The position numbers and the translations under genes are program-made. From Paraspadella gotoi (Eukaryota > Animalia > Chaetognatha), in assembly GCA_051294375.1 (NCBI GenBank), contig CM119265.1, positions 24,211,118 to 24,275,117 of the forward strand: 64,000 nucleotides of DNA, given 5' to 3'. Shown here piece after piece: positions 13,476-26,647 of the stretch. A model generated the notes under the pieces. That model did not search any database. It was not told where the DNA came from and was given only the letters and a program-made list of their open reading frames with translations. Every line of letters starts with the position of its first letter. The first letter of the stretch is position 1.

Positions 13476-14428
13476 CGATTACCGGATTTTGAATACGGCC
13501 GATCGATTAAAAATTGCAATGACGTTTGACGAAAGATATTTAAAAAAAGTATATCAAATATTAATCGATGTATTTATTTAATTTAACTCGCTTTAAATTA
13601 AAGTTTTTTAATTCTACTCCGGAGTAAACAAAAGCAACAATAAACCCACAAATCATGTCCGTTTATTGTCAAAAACAAAATTGTCATTTTTAAGATCATT
13701 TATTTATTTTTATGTTTTTCCCATTCTTCTTTTGTTATGATATGAAAGAGACTAGTACTACTTATTCTAGGAAATAATAAATAGACGCCATAATTTGAGT
13801 ATATAAATATGCAAGAGCTCTATATTCTAAAACACCAACAACTATGAAAGTGCAAATATTATAATGCTTTCATGAAGGAAAATATTTTTTTTTAAATTTC
13901 TTGTTCGATAGAATTTCTTCACTTTGGATAAACACCGATTTACGAAAATAATCAAAAAAACAAAAAAAAAACAACTAATGTTTGTTAATAATGTTCAAGG
14001 GGTTTTTTATTCCACTTGTCAACCTCGCTAAATCTCAATATGTAAATCCCACCAATTTAAAACTGTACACAAAAAAAATTCAGCCAATCAGTAAACGAGG
14101 CTTTTTTTTTTTCGTTTTTCTTTTGAGTCCCAGGTCCGGTTTTCTTTTCCCCATGATCGCGCATTCAACATTATGGCGCTGGTCACATTATGGCGCATTT
14201 CTTTCCTCCTTCCAGAACCAACTCCCTCTCGTCATTTTCGCTCCATCGACGTTTGTGAGTTTGACCTTTGACCTCTTCTTTGCCTCGCGGGTTTTCTAGA
14301 CGCGTCCCTGTACGAGTCGTGGGCGGAAAATTGGGAGAAAATTTGAATTTAAGATGTTTGTTTAAAATAATATAAATTCTAATCGGGAAGTCGGGAATGA
14401 AAAATACATTCAGCCTTAGGCGTAGGTA

Positions 14429-14510
<82 letters not shown>

Positions 14511-14731
14511 AGAATGAGAGGAGAGGGGGAAAGATATTAGTTGGGGTGAGTAACAAAATACTGATAAAAAATACATCAAAAAGAGATTGAATAAAATCAA
14601 AACAGCTTAAGAAATTATTTCAAACTCTCCCCTCCAAAATTTTTTTTACCGTTGGCGGTATTCGCGTTCCTTTCCTTCTCATCGCTTCCTCCATCCATCC
14701 TCTTTCTCCCTTCATCCAATTCTGCAGACAT
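11956..14731 (-). CDS. 64-aa CaaX-box (prenylation) microprotein, two coding exons
   Basis: Exon 14796-14650 has its acceptor after a (CT)n tract, ATG at 14731 and a phase-1 G|GTAAAA donor. Exon 12068-11956 has a TTTTTCTAG acceptor. Product: MSAELDEGRKRMDGGSDEKERNANTANESTEKRLQVPADLLSTRRRFSGTKEQDMDDFKKCIIM*. Minus-strand AATAAA at 11665-11660. Candidate upstream UTR donor AAAG|GTAAGC at 15710. Confidence 0.65.
12519..12783 (+). promoter_or_regulatory. Putative TATA-box promoter and non-coding first exon of an adenylate kinase transcript
   Basis: TATAAA at 12519-12524, then UTR-like sequence ending in AAG|GTGAGG donor at 12784. A good downstream acceptor at 17405 precedes an ATG. Confidence 0.4.
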
Positions 14732-14806
14732 TTTTTTTCTTCTGTCGAATATTTTTTTTTTATTTCTTGGAAATGTCTTCGCTCTTTTTCGCGTTTCTGG
14801 TAGTGT

Positions 14807-14807
<1 letters not shown>

Positions 14808-14882
<75 letters not shown>
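14808..14882. repeat. (GA)n microsatellite
   Basis: Pure dinucleotide run. Serves as the polypyrimidine tract for the minus-strand acceptor at 14797. Confidence 0.95.
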
Positions 14883-14887
<5 letters not shown>

Positions 14888-15558
14888 AAAAAATAAATAA
14901 TAATTACGCGTTTGGTAAGGTAAAGATAATGTAAAGGTAATATAAAGGTGTAAATGAAATGTAAAGGTAATGTAAAGGTATAAAGGTAATGTAAAGGTCT
15001 AAACTCTAAAGGTAATGTAAAGGTGATGTACTATTTAGGATTTAGGATTAATATTTAGAAAAGAGACGTGATAAAATAAGAAGCGCTATCGAAGAATATA
15101 AATCAAAAAAAGTAGGACTTATGATCGTCCGAATACAATTATTTTTCAATCCGAGATGATTTAAATATATAAAGACAAAGGATTGCTGTAGATTTAAACA
15201 AAAAACAAAAAACAAAAAAAAACAAAAAAAACATACCAATATCTTCTTTTTTTGAATCCTTTCGGTGATTTTTCTAAATTTTTCGAATAAATAAACAAAT
15301 GAGTTTTTCCTTCGGATTTTCTTCCGTTTAATTTCCGAGTTGTTCTCTTTTTTTTCACGACTCGTGACTTTTCTCGAATTTCTTTCGATTTCGATGAAAA
15401 TTCACGGGAAAATGTGATTTTTTTTTTCGTCGAGGAGAAAAAAAAGGAGGACGACCGCGAGTGTGAAAAATAAATTGTGCAACGTGAAGCGAAAGGGAAA
15501 AAAAAACTGCGACGGTTCGTGTGATTTGCACGAGAATGGAAAAAGCTGGAAGATAGAT

Positions 15559-15705
<147 letters not shown>

Positions 15706-15976
15706 CTTACCTTTATTCCTCCCACTTCTACGTTTCTTTTCTGTCTTCTATTTATCCGCCTCCCACCCCCTCGTCCTCTTCCTCCTCCTCTTCATTTTCT
15801 TCCTCCTCCTCCTCCTCCTCGCCTTACCCTCCCAACTCGCTCTCGTCTTTACAATTTGAATTCGGATGAAAGTGAATCAATAAAATCGTCGTACAAACAC
15901 GAAAAAAAAAACTTTTGACGAAGTTGGTTGAAGTGGGAGGGAGAGAGAGTGGAATAAGTGGTTGAGGGGGTGGGCT

Positions 15977-16078
15977 GAGTGGTTGAGATGGTGGAGTTAG
16001 TGGTTGAGATGGTGGAGTTAGTGGTTGAGATGGTGGAGTGAGTGGTTGAGATGGTGGAGTGGAGTAAGTGGTTGAGAA
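15977..16078. repeat. 21-bp minisatellite (agtggttgagatggtggagtt), about 4 copies
   Basis: Direct tandem copies visible. Confidence 0.85.
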
Positions 16079-17407
16079 TGAAGATAGAGGCCTTGTAAGG
16101 GATTAAAAAGTTTGATATATATATACAAGATATTTCGGAAACAAATATCGCCCAAATCGTTATTAAAAATACTGTCGATGTACTTTTCAATTTCAGTCTT
16201 TTTAGCCAGCCTCATTAAAAAAAAATATTATTCATAATCACTTCCTGAACTCCGGAAATAACTCGATGGCACGATCCCAAAAACTAAAATATGATCGGTT
16301 CGCATTTGTATTGATTAATTCACTGCATAAGAATGTGAAACCAATTTTTGAGGTTAACTTAACCCTCGAAAATATATACAAGGACGAACGAGTAAAAGAA
16401 GATTCCTTCTCTGGGCTTAGTTGTTGTTGTGATTAATGATTGAAGAATTTTGTTGTCTTCTTCTTTTTTTGATTTTTTTTTACCGGCGAAATATTTGAAG
16501 AATTTCCCGATTCTATTTTCCTAAAATCAATGAGATTATTGATTAAACCTTTGATTTGAGGGACTAGATAATTTTTTTTTTTTTAAACAAATTCCCCTTT
16601 TTTTCACAATGTCACCAAAAATTTAAACTAGATGAGGAAGAAATAGACGACGATTGCTACCCAACGATAAGTAGGAATCGCAAAACAATAAAACAAATGA
16701 ACGTTTTCTCTCTTTTTATTTTTTTTTTAGAAAATAATTTCGTGTTGTTCATGCAATATTTGATAATGAAATGAAATGCCCAGGGATTGCGGAATGAAAT
16801 GAGCTCTTTTACCCCGGAGGTTAATTTCATTACTGTCTCATTGTAAAACTTATATTGTGTTTATTTTTTTTGGTATATTGTTAAAACAAGCATTTATATA
16901 TCGTTTTTTCTGTAGTACTTGTCCCAGTTTTTTATCCCAAATTATTAATGATTAATGGCACGAATATACAGTAATTTGCTCTGCAGTTGCACAGCGGCCA
17001 ATTTAAAAGATGGGGACTTTATTTAAGGCTAAAATTGTAATACATTTGTAAAATAAAAATTCAAAAAATATAGATACCTTTTCAGTGTTATCAATGAAAA
17101 ATGTTGGCCTTTAAGTTTGCGATTAAAACGTAGATCATAGATACAGATTAATGCAATTAACCCAAACTACGAATCGTAACTTTAGCTGTAAATCTGAAAC
17201 CTATTTTTGACAGTTTCTATTAGTTTCTATTATTGAAACGAAAAAAAACCGTCAATGTGGTTTGATGGTTTCTGGCAAATTTCTCTTTAATTGATAAAGA
17301 CAAAAAAATAATTTAAAAAAACAACAAATTAATAAAAGACACTAAATTAGAAATTAGTTTTGATAAATAGCGTCGATCCTGACTCCACGGTTTTTGTCAC
17401 TTCAGGA

Positions 17408-20400
17408 ATGGGGTTTCGCTATAGTCACTACACTCCCGGTTGTTGTGGGCTTGACAATGTCTACGGTAGCGATCCTCTCTCTCTTTTTTCTTTCTGCCAT
17501 TTTAGCATTTAGATTTTTTTTTTGACGAAATACATTCACGATTATCGTTTCAAATTTAAGTTTTTCCTCGATTTTGAAGAAAAACTAAAAAATTTAAAAT
17601 TTAAAAAATTTAAAAAATTCTTTTAATTTTCTATGTAACTTTTTTTTGAAACGATAATTGCTTAAACCTTATTATACGGTTCGTTAACAGTGATTGAGTT
17701 GAACTGACACTAAATTTCAATCATGAGCTTTTTTTTTTGGAAGAGAGATATAAACATTTTCTGGTTTTTTAACTTTTTTTGGTTTTTTGTTGCAATTTGT
17801 GACGCATGCTCCTTTGAGCCATGTTTAAAATATGAAATGAGACATTTAATACGTTGTCGTTGCAGAGTCTTTTTTTTTCGCAGATGTGGATGAAAGAATT
17901 TCTTTGAAATATACATTCTCGATCTTTTGTTTCTATCAATCATCCATTAGGTCAACTCGATGGTTGGTATTAGTCTTGCGAAATTGCGGTGCTCAAAACA
18001 GCTCAATTTAGCCACAGAAACTTCCGTTTTTTTCTTTTTACATTTTTTGATACATTAATGCTTCTTCTCGGTATCAATCATTTACGACTGTTTTTCTTTG
18101 AGTGACTTGTACTCGTAAAAACTTATCAATATCCTTTTTTTTGCCAGCACCATCACCACATGTAACGAAACAAAACTATTTGCCAATTATGTTTAACTAA
18201 CCTAAGACTAATATAAAATGAACATACGGTGCATGTTTTTATTTAACTTTTGATTTGTTCACAAATCACGTTTTTAAGAACGACAAAAAAAATTGTTTGG
18301 TTGTTTAAATGTTTGTAGTAAAGTTTAGAATTAGAATTGTTGGATCATCGGGAAATTATGTGGAAAATACCGTGGGTCTAATTTTCCAAACTTTTCTTTC
18401 TCTTCGGCAGAAATTCCCAGAAAACAAATTGACACGACTCCCTTAAAAAACGCCAAAGTAGTATTTGTCGTAGGTTAGTTAATTTATTCATCTATTTTTG
18501 TTATTTACTTTTTCTCTGTCTATCTTTCTATCTATTTATCTACGTAGTTTTCCATTTATTTATTTTTCTTTTTATCTATTTATATCTATCTATTTATTTA
18601 TTTTTGTATTTTTCTACATACTTTTTTATTCATCTATTTATCTTTTTATATGTTTATCTTTTTCTCTTTTCTCTTTATCTTTATCTTTTTCTCTTTTCTT
18701 TTTATCTTTTTTTCTATTTATATATTTATGTATTAACTTAAAATCTCAATAATATATCAACCTAGACTAACTAAATTTCTCAACAACCTTCACACCTCCC
18801 CCGCCCCCCCCCCAAGGCGGCCCCGGTTCCGGCAAGGGGACGCAATGCGACAAAATCGTGGAAAAGTATGGCTACACTCACCTTTCGTCCGGAGACCTCT
18901 TACGGGACGAGGTCGCATCGCAATCTCGTCTCGGAAAAGAGTTGAACAAAATCATGAAGGTAGAAGTTGGCAGAGTTTAAATTTAAAAGGTTCTTAAAAT
19001 TGACATATTTTAATTAACATAATATCGACATATGTTCCAGGCTGGAAAGTTGGTTCCGCTAGAAGTCGTTCTGGATTTGATCAAAGAAGCCATGTTGAGA
19101 AACATGTCAACATCAAAAGGATTTCTGCTCGACGGTTATCCGCGAGAATTGTCTCAAGGCATTCTCTTCGAAGAAGAAGTAAAATTTTACTCAGTTTCAT
19201 TATCGATCGATTGATTGATTGATTGCTTGAATTATCGATCGATCGATTTATGTATTAATTAGATAGTTCAAATATTGAAATGTGAAATCAATAAAGATTT
19301 TAAAACACTGAGTGATTCCTTGATTGATTGTCTTCCTCAGGTTTGCCCTTGCCAAATGGTGCTCTACATGGAAGTTCCCGACGACACGATGACTCAACGA
19401 CTCTTGTACAGAGGAAAGACTTCGGGTCGAGTCGACGACAACGACGAGACGATCAAGAAACGCCTCGCCACATTCCCAAAGTGAGACAGAGTGCGAGAAC
19501 AATGAAAACGACGACGATGACAACGATGAGACAATCAAGAAAACGCCTCGCCACATTCCACAAAGTGAGACAGAGTGCGAGAACATGAAAACGACGACGA
19601 TGACAACGATGAGACAATCAAGAAACGCCTCGCCACATTCCACAAAGTGAGACAGAGTGCGAGAACAATGACAACGACGACGATGACAACGATGAGACGA
19701 TCAAGAAACCCTCGCCACATTCCACAAAGTGAGACAAGAGTGCGAGAACGATGACAACAACGACGATGACAACGATGAGACAATCAAGAAACGCCTCGCC
19801 ACATTCCACAAAGTGAGACAGAGTGCGAGAACAATGACAACGACGACGATGACAACGATGAGACGATCAAGAAACGCCTCGCCACATTCCACAAAGTGAG
19901 ACAGAGTGCAAGAACGATGACAACGACGACAATGACAACGACGAGACAATCAAGAAACGCCTCGCCACATTCCACAAGTGAGACAGAGTGCGAGAACAAT
20001 GACAACGACGACGATGACAACGACGAGACGATCAAGAAACGCCTCGCCACATTCGCACAAAGTGAGACAGAGTGCGAGAACGATGACGACGACAACGAAG
20101 ACGAAAACGACCAGCGATCATTAGTGGTTTCCCGCGCGATTAAAAGTCAACCAGGAACTAGACCGTGATTAATTTCTGAAAAACTTCGATCTTACGTCAC
20201 CTGAGAAAATGACAAATTTTAGTTTTTAATCTGACGGATAATCAACTTGTTTTTCTTCCTTGAAAGCGAACATTGAACATTGAAAATTTATCTGAGTAGG
20301 GCTGTTAACACTAAGTAAGGCCATTAAAAGCGACTTAGACAACTCTGATGTGAGTTTTATAATAATATAATAATAGGAAAATAATAAAGAATAATAATCG

Positions 20401-21100
20401 CAAGTTCAGAAAGTTTTACGTCCATCCAGAAATTTTGGGCCAGGTTTAGTTTAAATTCAGAATTAATTTAGTTTTCAGGTATAAAGATTACGGATTAGAT
20501 CTGGGATTAGATTATTAAGGTTGAGACTAAAGTGACTGACTTCAAGGTTGAGACTGAAGTGACTGTCTTCAAGGTTGAGACTGAAGTGACTGACGTCAAG
20601 GGAGTCCACCAGAGAAAGTGGCAACGAAAGTGAAACTTTTAATCACGGTCATCCTTTGACCACTCGACGCTGTCATAATATATAATCTAAACAGACCACC
20701 TCCCCCCCAATAATTCACCATTTTACCTCCCCACCATCGTCTGCCACCCCCCCCAGGTGACGGGGGCGGTGCTTGACCACTTCGAGAAGCAGGGAAAACT
20801 CCGGCGGGTCGTGGCCGAAGCTTCGCCGCCCATCGTCTTCAAACTCGTCTCGAAAGTCTTTCAAGAGGATCTTCTCAAATCAGCGAGGATCATCTTCGTT
20901 TGCGGTGGGGCAATTAATCAATCAATCAATCTTTAAAATGTTCTATTCATCAATAAATCATTAAATCAATCAATCGTTCGATCAATCAAATTATTATCTA
21001 TTAATGGATCATTTAATAATCAAATAAATAAATCTAACAATGAATGAATAGATTATATTGATTAACGAATTAAGCACTCAACTTAATTTTCTTAAATGAA

Positions 21101-21187
<87 letters not shown>

Positions 21188-21532
21188 ATGAATAAATGAA
21201 TGAATCAATAAATAAATGAATCAATAAATAAATGAATCAATAAATAAATGAATCAATAAATAAATGAATCAATAAATCATAAAATAAATCATTAAATAAA
21301 TCAATAAATAAATCAATAAATAAATCATTAAATAAATCAATAAATAAATCATTAAATAAATCAATAAATAAATCAATCAGGCGGTCCCGGAAGCGGTAAA
21401 GGAACCCAGTGCGACCGAATCGTGGAGCGCTACGGATTCACTCATTTGTCAACGGGCGATTTGCTTAGAGAGGAAGTCGCCTCCAAATCGCCGAGGGGAA
21501 ATGAGCTCAACAGTCTCATGCAAGTCAGTTGA

Positions 21533-21628
<96 letters not shown>

Positions 21629-24580
21629 AGTAAACAAAATCGCAATTATAAAATTTTAAAAAAATAATGTCTCTAGTCGGGAAAATTGGTTCCCATGGAA
21701 ACGGTGTTGCTGCTTCTCAAAGAAGCGATGATCGCCAAAGCTGACGTCTCGAAAGGATTCCTCATTGACGGATACCCGAGAGAGGTGATTGATTGATTGA
21801 CTTATTTCTTATTCTTTTATTTCTTTATTTAAAGATTGATTGAATGTCGGTTAAAATTAATTAATTAATTAATTAATTAATTAATTGACTAATTAATTAA
21901 TTAACTGAATTAATTCCGCTAATGATCGTTGGGAGATCCGGCGTCATTTGCTCAAACTTGTTTAATTATTCATCCGTTTTCATCTAGGTGGAGCAAGGCA
22001 TCCAGTTCGAACGCGCCCTCTGTCCGGCTCGAATGGTCCTTCACTTCGATTTGTCCGACGCGGAGATGACCCGACGCCTCCTCCACCGCGGGAAGACCTC
22101 GGGCCGCGTGGACGACAACGAAGAAACCATCGCCAAGAGACTCGATACTTTTCACAGAATCACCGAACCAGTCACGGGATATTACGAGACCAAAGGCCGG
22201 CTCGTCACGGTGAGAAGCGGGCTTGTGGATTGTGGATTGTGGATTGTGAACGGGATGGAAAGTCAAGTGAAAAAGGGTTGTGGGTTGTGGAAGGGGCTGA
22301 CGGGTCAGTGGGAGATTGGGGTGAGGAAGAGGTTGAATGAAATGATTCACGCGGATTCACTGATTTTTATTTGTTTATTTTTGATTTGCGGATTCGAATT
22401 CCGCGAAGCTTAAATTAATCGGATCAAAAAGGAAGATCCGAAACGAAAAAAAAAAAACATCTTGGCGTAAGAGGATTCGAAATTAAAATCCGTTTTATAA
22501 AAAAATGTGGGATTTTCTTTTTTGTTTGTTTTCCTTATTTTGTTTTTAGTCAAGGGGTAAGATTTGAATATAGGCAAAAGAATTTCACAGGCTATGAATA
22601 AAAATTGAAACGAAATTGAAAGCAATCCAGATTTAAAAAAACCCATTTACCTTGAAGAAATAATAGAAATATCAAAACAACTCGAGTTAGCTTAGGATTA
22701 ACGTCATCCTATGCACGTGGCAAGACCTTAATCAACCAGAGCCTAATTCAGGGGCAAAATAGATTATTCATTCGATAAATGGATAATTTTCATATCGTAC
22801 CGAGTTCTTATAACGATATATGTTTAATCTAACTTACATCCATCCGCCAGATAAACGCCGAGCGAAGTCCCGACCAAATCTTCCGCGACGTCCAGGATTA
22901 TCTCGATCGCCTCGTCCTAGAGGGATGTAAGGTCGTCTTCGTCGTGGGTGGACCCGGATGTGGAAAGGGAACACAGTGCGAGAAATTGGCGGAGAGATAC
23001 AACCTCACCCACTTGTCGTCGGGTGAGTGAGAGAGGAGAGAAAGAAAGTAGGGCGGAAGGGAGAGAAGGAGTTGACAGCTTTTGATTGCTTTATTACGAT
23101 AAGAAGCAGTTGACAGCTTTTGATTGCTTTATTACGATAAGAAGCAGTTGACAGCTTTTGATTGCTTTATTACGATAAAAGCTACTTGAACCCCAGTTCT
23201 ACTTCACCGATGCATAATGAACGAAGATTGATAATCTTGTTCTCATTTGACGTTTAGTGTTTAATTTTATCTTTGATTTTAAAAATGGCCAACATATTTA
23301 ATTCGTAACCTTAATACATATATTTATTATCATATTTACGTCTTTTTGTGCCACTTGGCAATTTTTAACTAAATCCCTAAAAAATTTTTATTTAGCAACT
23401 TCTTTGTAAGTCGCCATTGAATCAAAGAATAAACGTCATGAGTCTAAATAGATTCCAGTTTTATATTTGTCAGAATACTCAACAAAATCCGAACTGTTAT
23501 AATTCGACGACTCACTGCAATATGCAAATTATATTTTATGCTATAACTTTATTCATTCATCTCCTCTCTCCCCTCACTTCTCAGGCGACCTCCTTCGCGC
23601 CGAAGTGGCGTCGGGATCTCCGATGGGCGTGGAGCTCGACGCGACGATGAAGGCGGGTCAGCTGGTTTCCATGGAGACGGTGTTGCGACTCATCAAGGAG
23701 GCGATGGTGAAGGCGGCGTTGGGCGGAAGTCGGGGATTTCTCATCGACGGATATCCGCGAGAGGTTCCGCAAGGAGTCAAGTTCGAGAACAACGTGAGCT
23801 TCGCTTTTGATATAAATATAAAGAAATTTATTTATCAGTAAATTAAAAGTTAGTTATCAGTGAGTTAAGAATTTCATTTTATCTTTTTCATCCTATTATT
23901 TTCATATTGTATTGACTTTTCCCTCAACGGGTTTTTTTTTTTGGTAGTTTTTCATTTTCATTTTTATTAGCCTTTCTTGTTTGGCCATTCACGAATGACT
24001 CTTCCCCATTGGGCTTTCCCACTTTTTAACCCATTTCAGATCAAACCCTGCGACGCTGTCCTTTACTTCAACGTCACCGACGAAACGATGACGCGACGTC
24101 TTTTGAATCGAGCCAAGACTTCGGGTCGCGTAGACGACAACGAGGAGACCATCAAGAAAAGGTGAGCAATGATTGCAACGAAGTGACCATCTGGAACTTT
24201 TTTAACTTTTTCAACTTTTCTCTTAACTAAAATGAGATAAATTTTTTTTAATAATAACTTTCCGAATATATTTTTAAAATTTAAATTTAAAAAAAAATTA
24301 GGTACAACAATTTTGGATACTTTTAATATTTGAAAAAAAAAATTTGTAGGTTGAGAACTTTCCACGAATGCACGGCACCAGTTTGCGACTATTACTTTAA
24401 AAAAGGAAAACTTATTGAGGTAAATAGATTAGCTTTAATCAGTAATTGTGAGAAAGTGGTTTTAAATTTGCAATCTCTATTTTTTTTTTTTCATTTTAGG
24501 TCAAAGCGGAAGGAACGCCAGACTTTATTTTCGATCGATCTTGCAAATTGCTGAACGAAAAAGTATTTTCCTCGATCTAA
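17408..24580 (+). CDS. AK1: Adenylate kinase with three tandem short-LID AK1-type catalytic domains (~605 aa)
   Basis: Exons: 17408-17465 (putative first coding, [19 protein letters not shown]), 18411-18473, 18817-18959, 19041-19178, 19341-19480, 20757-20904, 21381-21523, 21677-21784, 21988-22209, 22851-23022, 23585-23793, 24040-24161, 24350-24419, 24500-24580 (TAA). All GT-AG with consistent phase, except one missing A near 19476 (probable sequencing error). Each domain has GGPG[SC]GKGT, HLS[ST]GDLLR, FL[LI]DGYPRE and [11 protein letters not shown]. The symbol indicates the AK1-like family, not orthology. Confidence 0.93.
19432..20100 (+). repeat. ~83-bp tandem array (8 donor-containing copies) of AK exon 3' end + 5' splice site + intron start
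   Basis: Unit gtgagacagagtgcgagaacaatgacaacgacgacgatgacaacgatgagacgatcaagaaacgcctcgccacattccacaaa. GTGAG donors at 19481, 19565, 19647, 19729, 19813, 19896, 19978, 20062. Confidence 0.95.
20517..20600. repeat. 27-bp minisatellite (aaggttgagactgaagtgactgacttc) x3
   Basis: Three near-identical tandem copies in an AK intron. Confidence 0.85.
21095..21378. repeat. (AAAT)n grading into AAT(C/G)AATAAAT compound repeat
   Basis: Tetranucleotide run up to the acceptor at 21380. Confidence 0.9.
21531..21629. repeat. (GAAA)n microsatellite
   Basis: Pure tetranucleotide run filling most of a 153-bp AK intron. Confidence 0.95.
23070..23180. repeat. 38-bp minisatellite x3 (agttgacagcttttgattgctttattacgataagaagc)
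   Basis: Three tandem copies in an AK intron. Confidence 0.9.
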
Positions 24581-25615
24581 TTAAATCCTCAACGACCGTT
24601 TAATGATTCAAAATTATCTAACTAATTATATAAGTATTTTTTTTTTACTTTTCCAGAATTGTAGCAGCTCCACTTTTTTTACGGTTTAAAACTAATATAG
24701 AAGGAGTTTTCCAGTTTTGCTTTGGTCTTCCAGCAAATTAAATTTACTATGATCAACTTATGATCTCTGATGCCTAAATTATGACATATTCAAGATTAGT
24801 CTGTGATTTAAGATTCTATCATGATCGAAGTTAGTCAAAAGAAAACGTCACTTTTGACACTTTGTAAGTTTTTAATAATCATATTTTGATTTTATATTGC
24901 TTTTTAGTATTGACTGTTGACTATTAAAGTCTGGATAGTTTTAATTTTGCAAAGATAAATTAAGTTTTTCCACCTAATAATAAGTGACAAATAACATTTT
25001 TATAAAATATTTTTTCTTTTGGCTTTCTTTTAAAAATCGACTTGACAACCAGATAAATAGATTTTAGAAGGGGAGTTTTTCTATTCCATATTGTAATCTT
25101 GAGTCATTCTTTATTTTTCATGTGCCATTTTTTTAGACGTATATTATCCTCAGAATAGTTCTGACAAGTGTATACATTGTACAAAATATGAATTGGTGAT
25201 GAAAATGATGTAAAGGTGCTTATTACAATGTTTTCAATAAATAATAATAAAATATTTTTGTAGTTCTCTTTAAAAATAAAAAAGAATAGTTAGGGTGAAA
25301 TTTAAAGAACGTTTTAAGCTGGTAACAATTTTTTGCCAACTATTGCATACACAATGATTTAAAAGGTAATCGTTAGATGTGCATCTGAAATATTATTATG
25401 AAAAAACGTATAATAACGATTTTAAACTGGAAACCCTGTTTTTTTTTTTCAATTTAATTTTTTGGTCCCGGTCCTTTTAACATAAAGAGGGCGACTTTTT
25501 AGGACATAAAAATTTGAAGGGCGACCAGTCTCTTTCTCTCTCTCTCTCTGCACTCCCTTTTGTTAGAATGAGTTTAATAACCTATTGCTTGCAATTTTCT
25601 TCGAGACAGTTCCTC

Positions 25616-25753
<138 letters not shown>

Positions 25754-26647
25754 ATTTAACGTCTAACGAAAACAATCTCATGTTTAACTCACTCTCACAC
25801 TTTCTTCACCCTATCTCTAACCCCTAGATCCTTTAAAAAAAAAGATTATTTGGGACAAAAAGAAAAAAAAAGTTTGATTGTCGAGACATAGAAAGAGACG
25901 CACTTAACGTCGCTCTCATTATCGTCGTCGTCGTCGTCGTCGCCATCGTTATCTCTGTGATCCCCGAAAAAAGAGGCCGTCTTTAACTCGTCCTCATTCA
26001 CGATGGAGCTGGAGGTCGTCGTTGCTGTTGCTGTTGTCCCACCGGTCGTCGCTGCTGATGTAGTGACACAATCAACTAAATTAAATTGCAAAGTGAAGTT
26101 GTTGAACAATGAACATATGTCTTTAGATTAAAAAAATAAAGTTTACAACGTGACCCAGCCTTTTGAAAACACAAAGGTTAATCGCCAGCCGTCATCGTCA
26201 TCGTCGTCGTCGTCGTCGTCTTTCAGTTTTTTCTTACTTCTACTCTAAATAACCGAATTCTTTTCCAAAGTAAGGAATTTAATTAAAAACGTTTATTTTA
26301 GTTTAAACGTCGATATCTTTGATGGTTAATTACTTCTCCTTGTTGACTTTGACCTTCGTCGCCTCCTTAACTTTTTAAACTTTTTTTCTTCTTTTTTTAT
26401 TTTTTTTTTTTGCTTCATTTTTCTTTCAATTTTCGTTTATTTTTTTTTTAGTTCTCTGTCGTTTTCTTTTCTCTTTCTCTTCTCCCCTTTAAATTTCTTT
26501 TTTCTTTTTTCTCCGTTTCGTCCTCCTTCTATCTTTACTTTTTCCATTTCTATCTTCTTTCTTTTTCGTTCTTTTAGATTTCTAGCTTCTCTTTCTCTTT
26601 CTTTTTTGTTCTCTTTAACTTTCTTCTCTCTTTTTCTATTTTTTTCA

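Noticed and set aside
19470-19484. Frameshift and TGA in AK domain 1 suggesting a pseudogene
   Set aside because: Most downstream repeat copies keep TTC CAC AAA, all other exons are intact, and the region is indel-noisy; probably a sequencing error.
19432-20100. Regular repeat array resembling CRISPR
   Set aside because: No unique spacers, no cas genes, eukaryotic context; the unit is a duplicated AK exon end.
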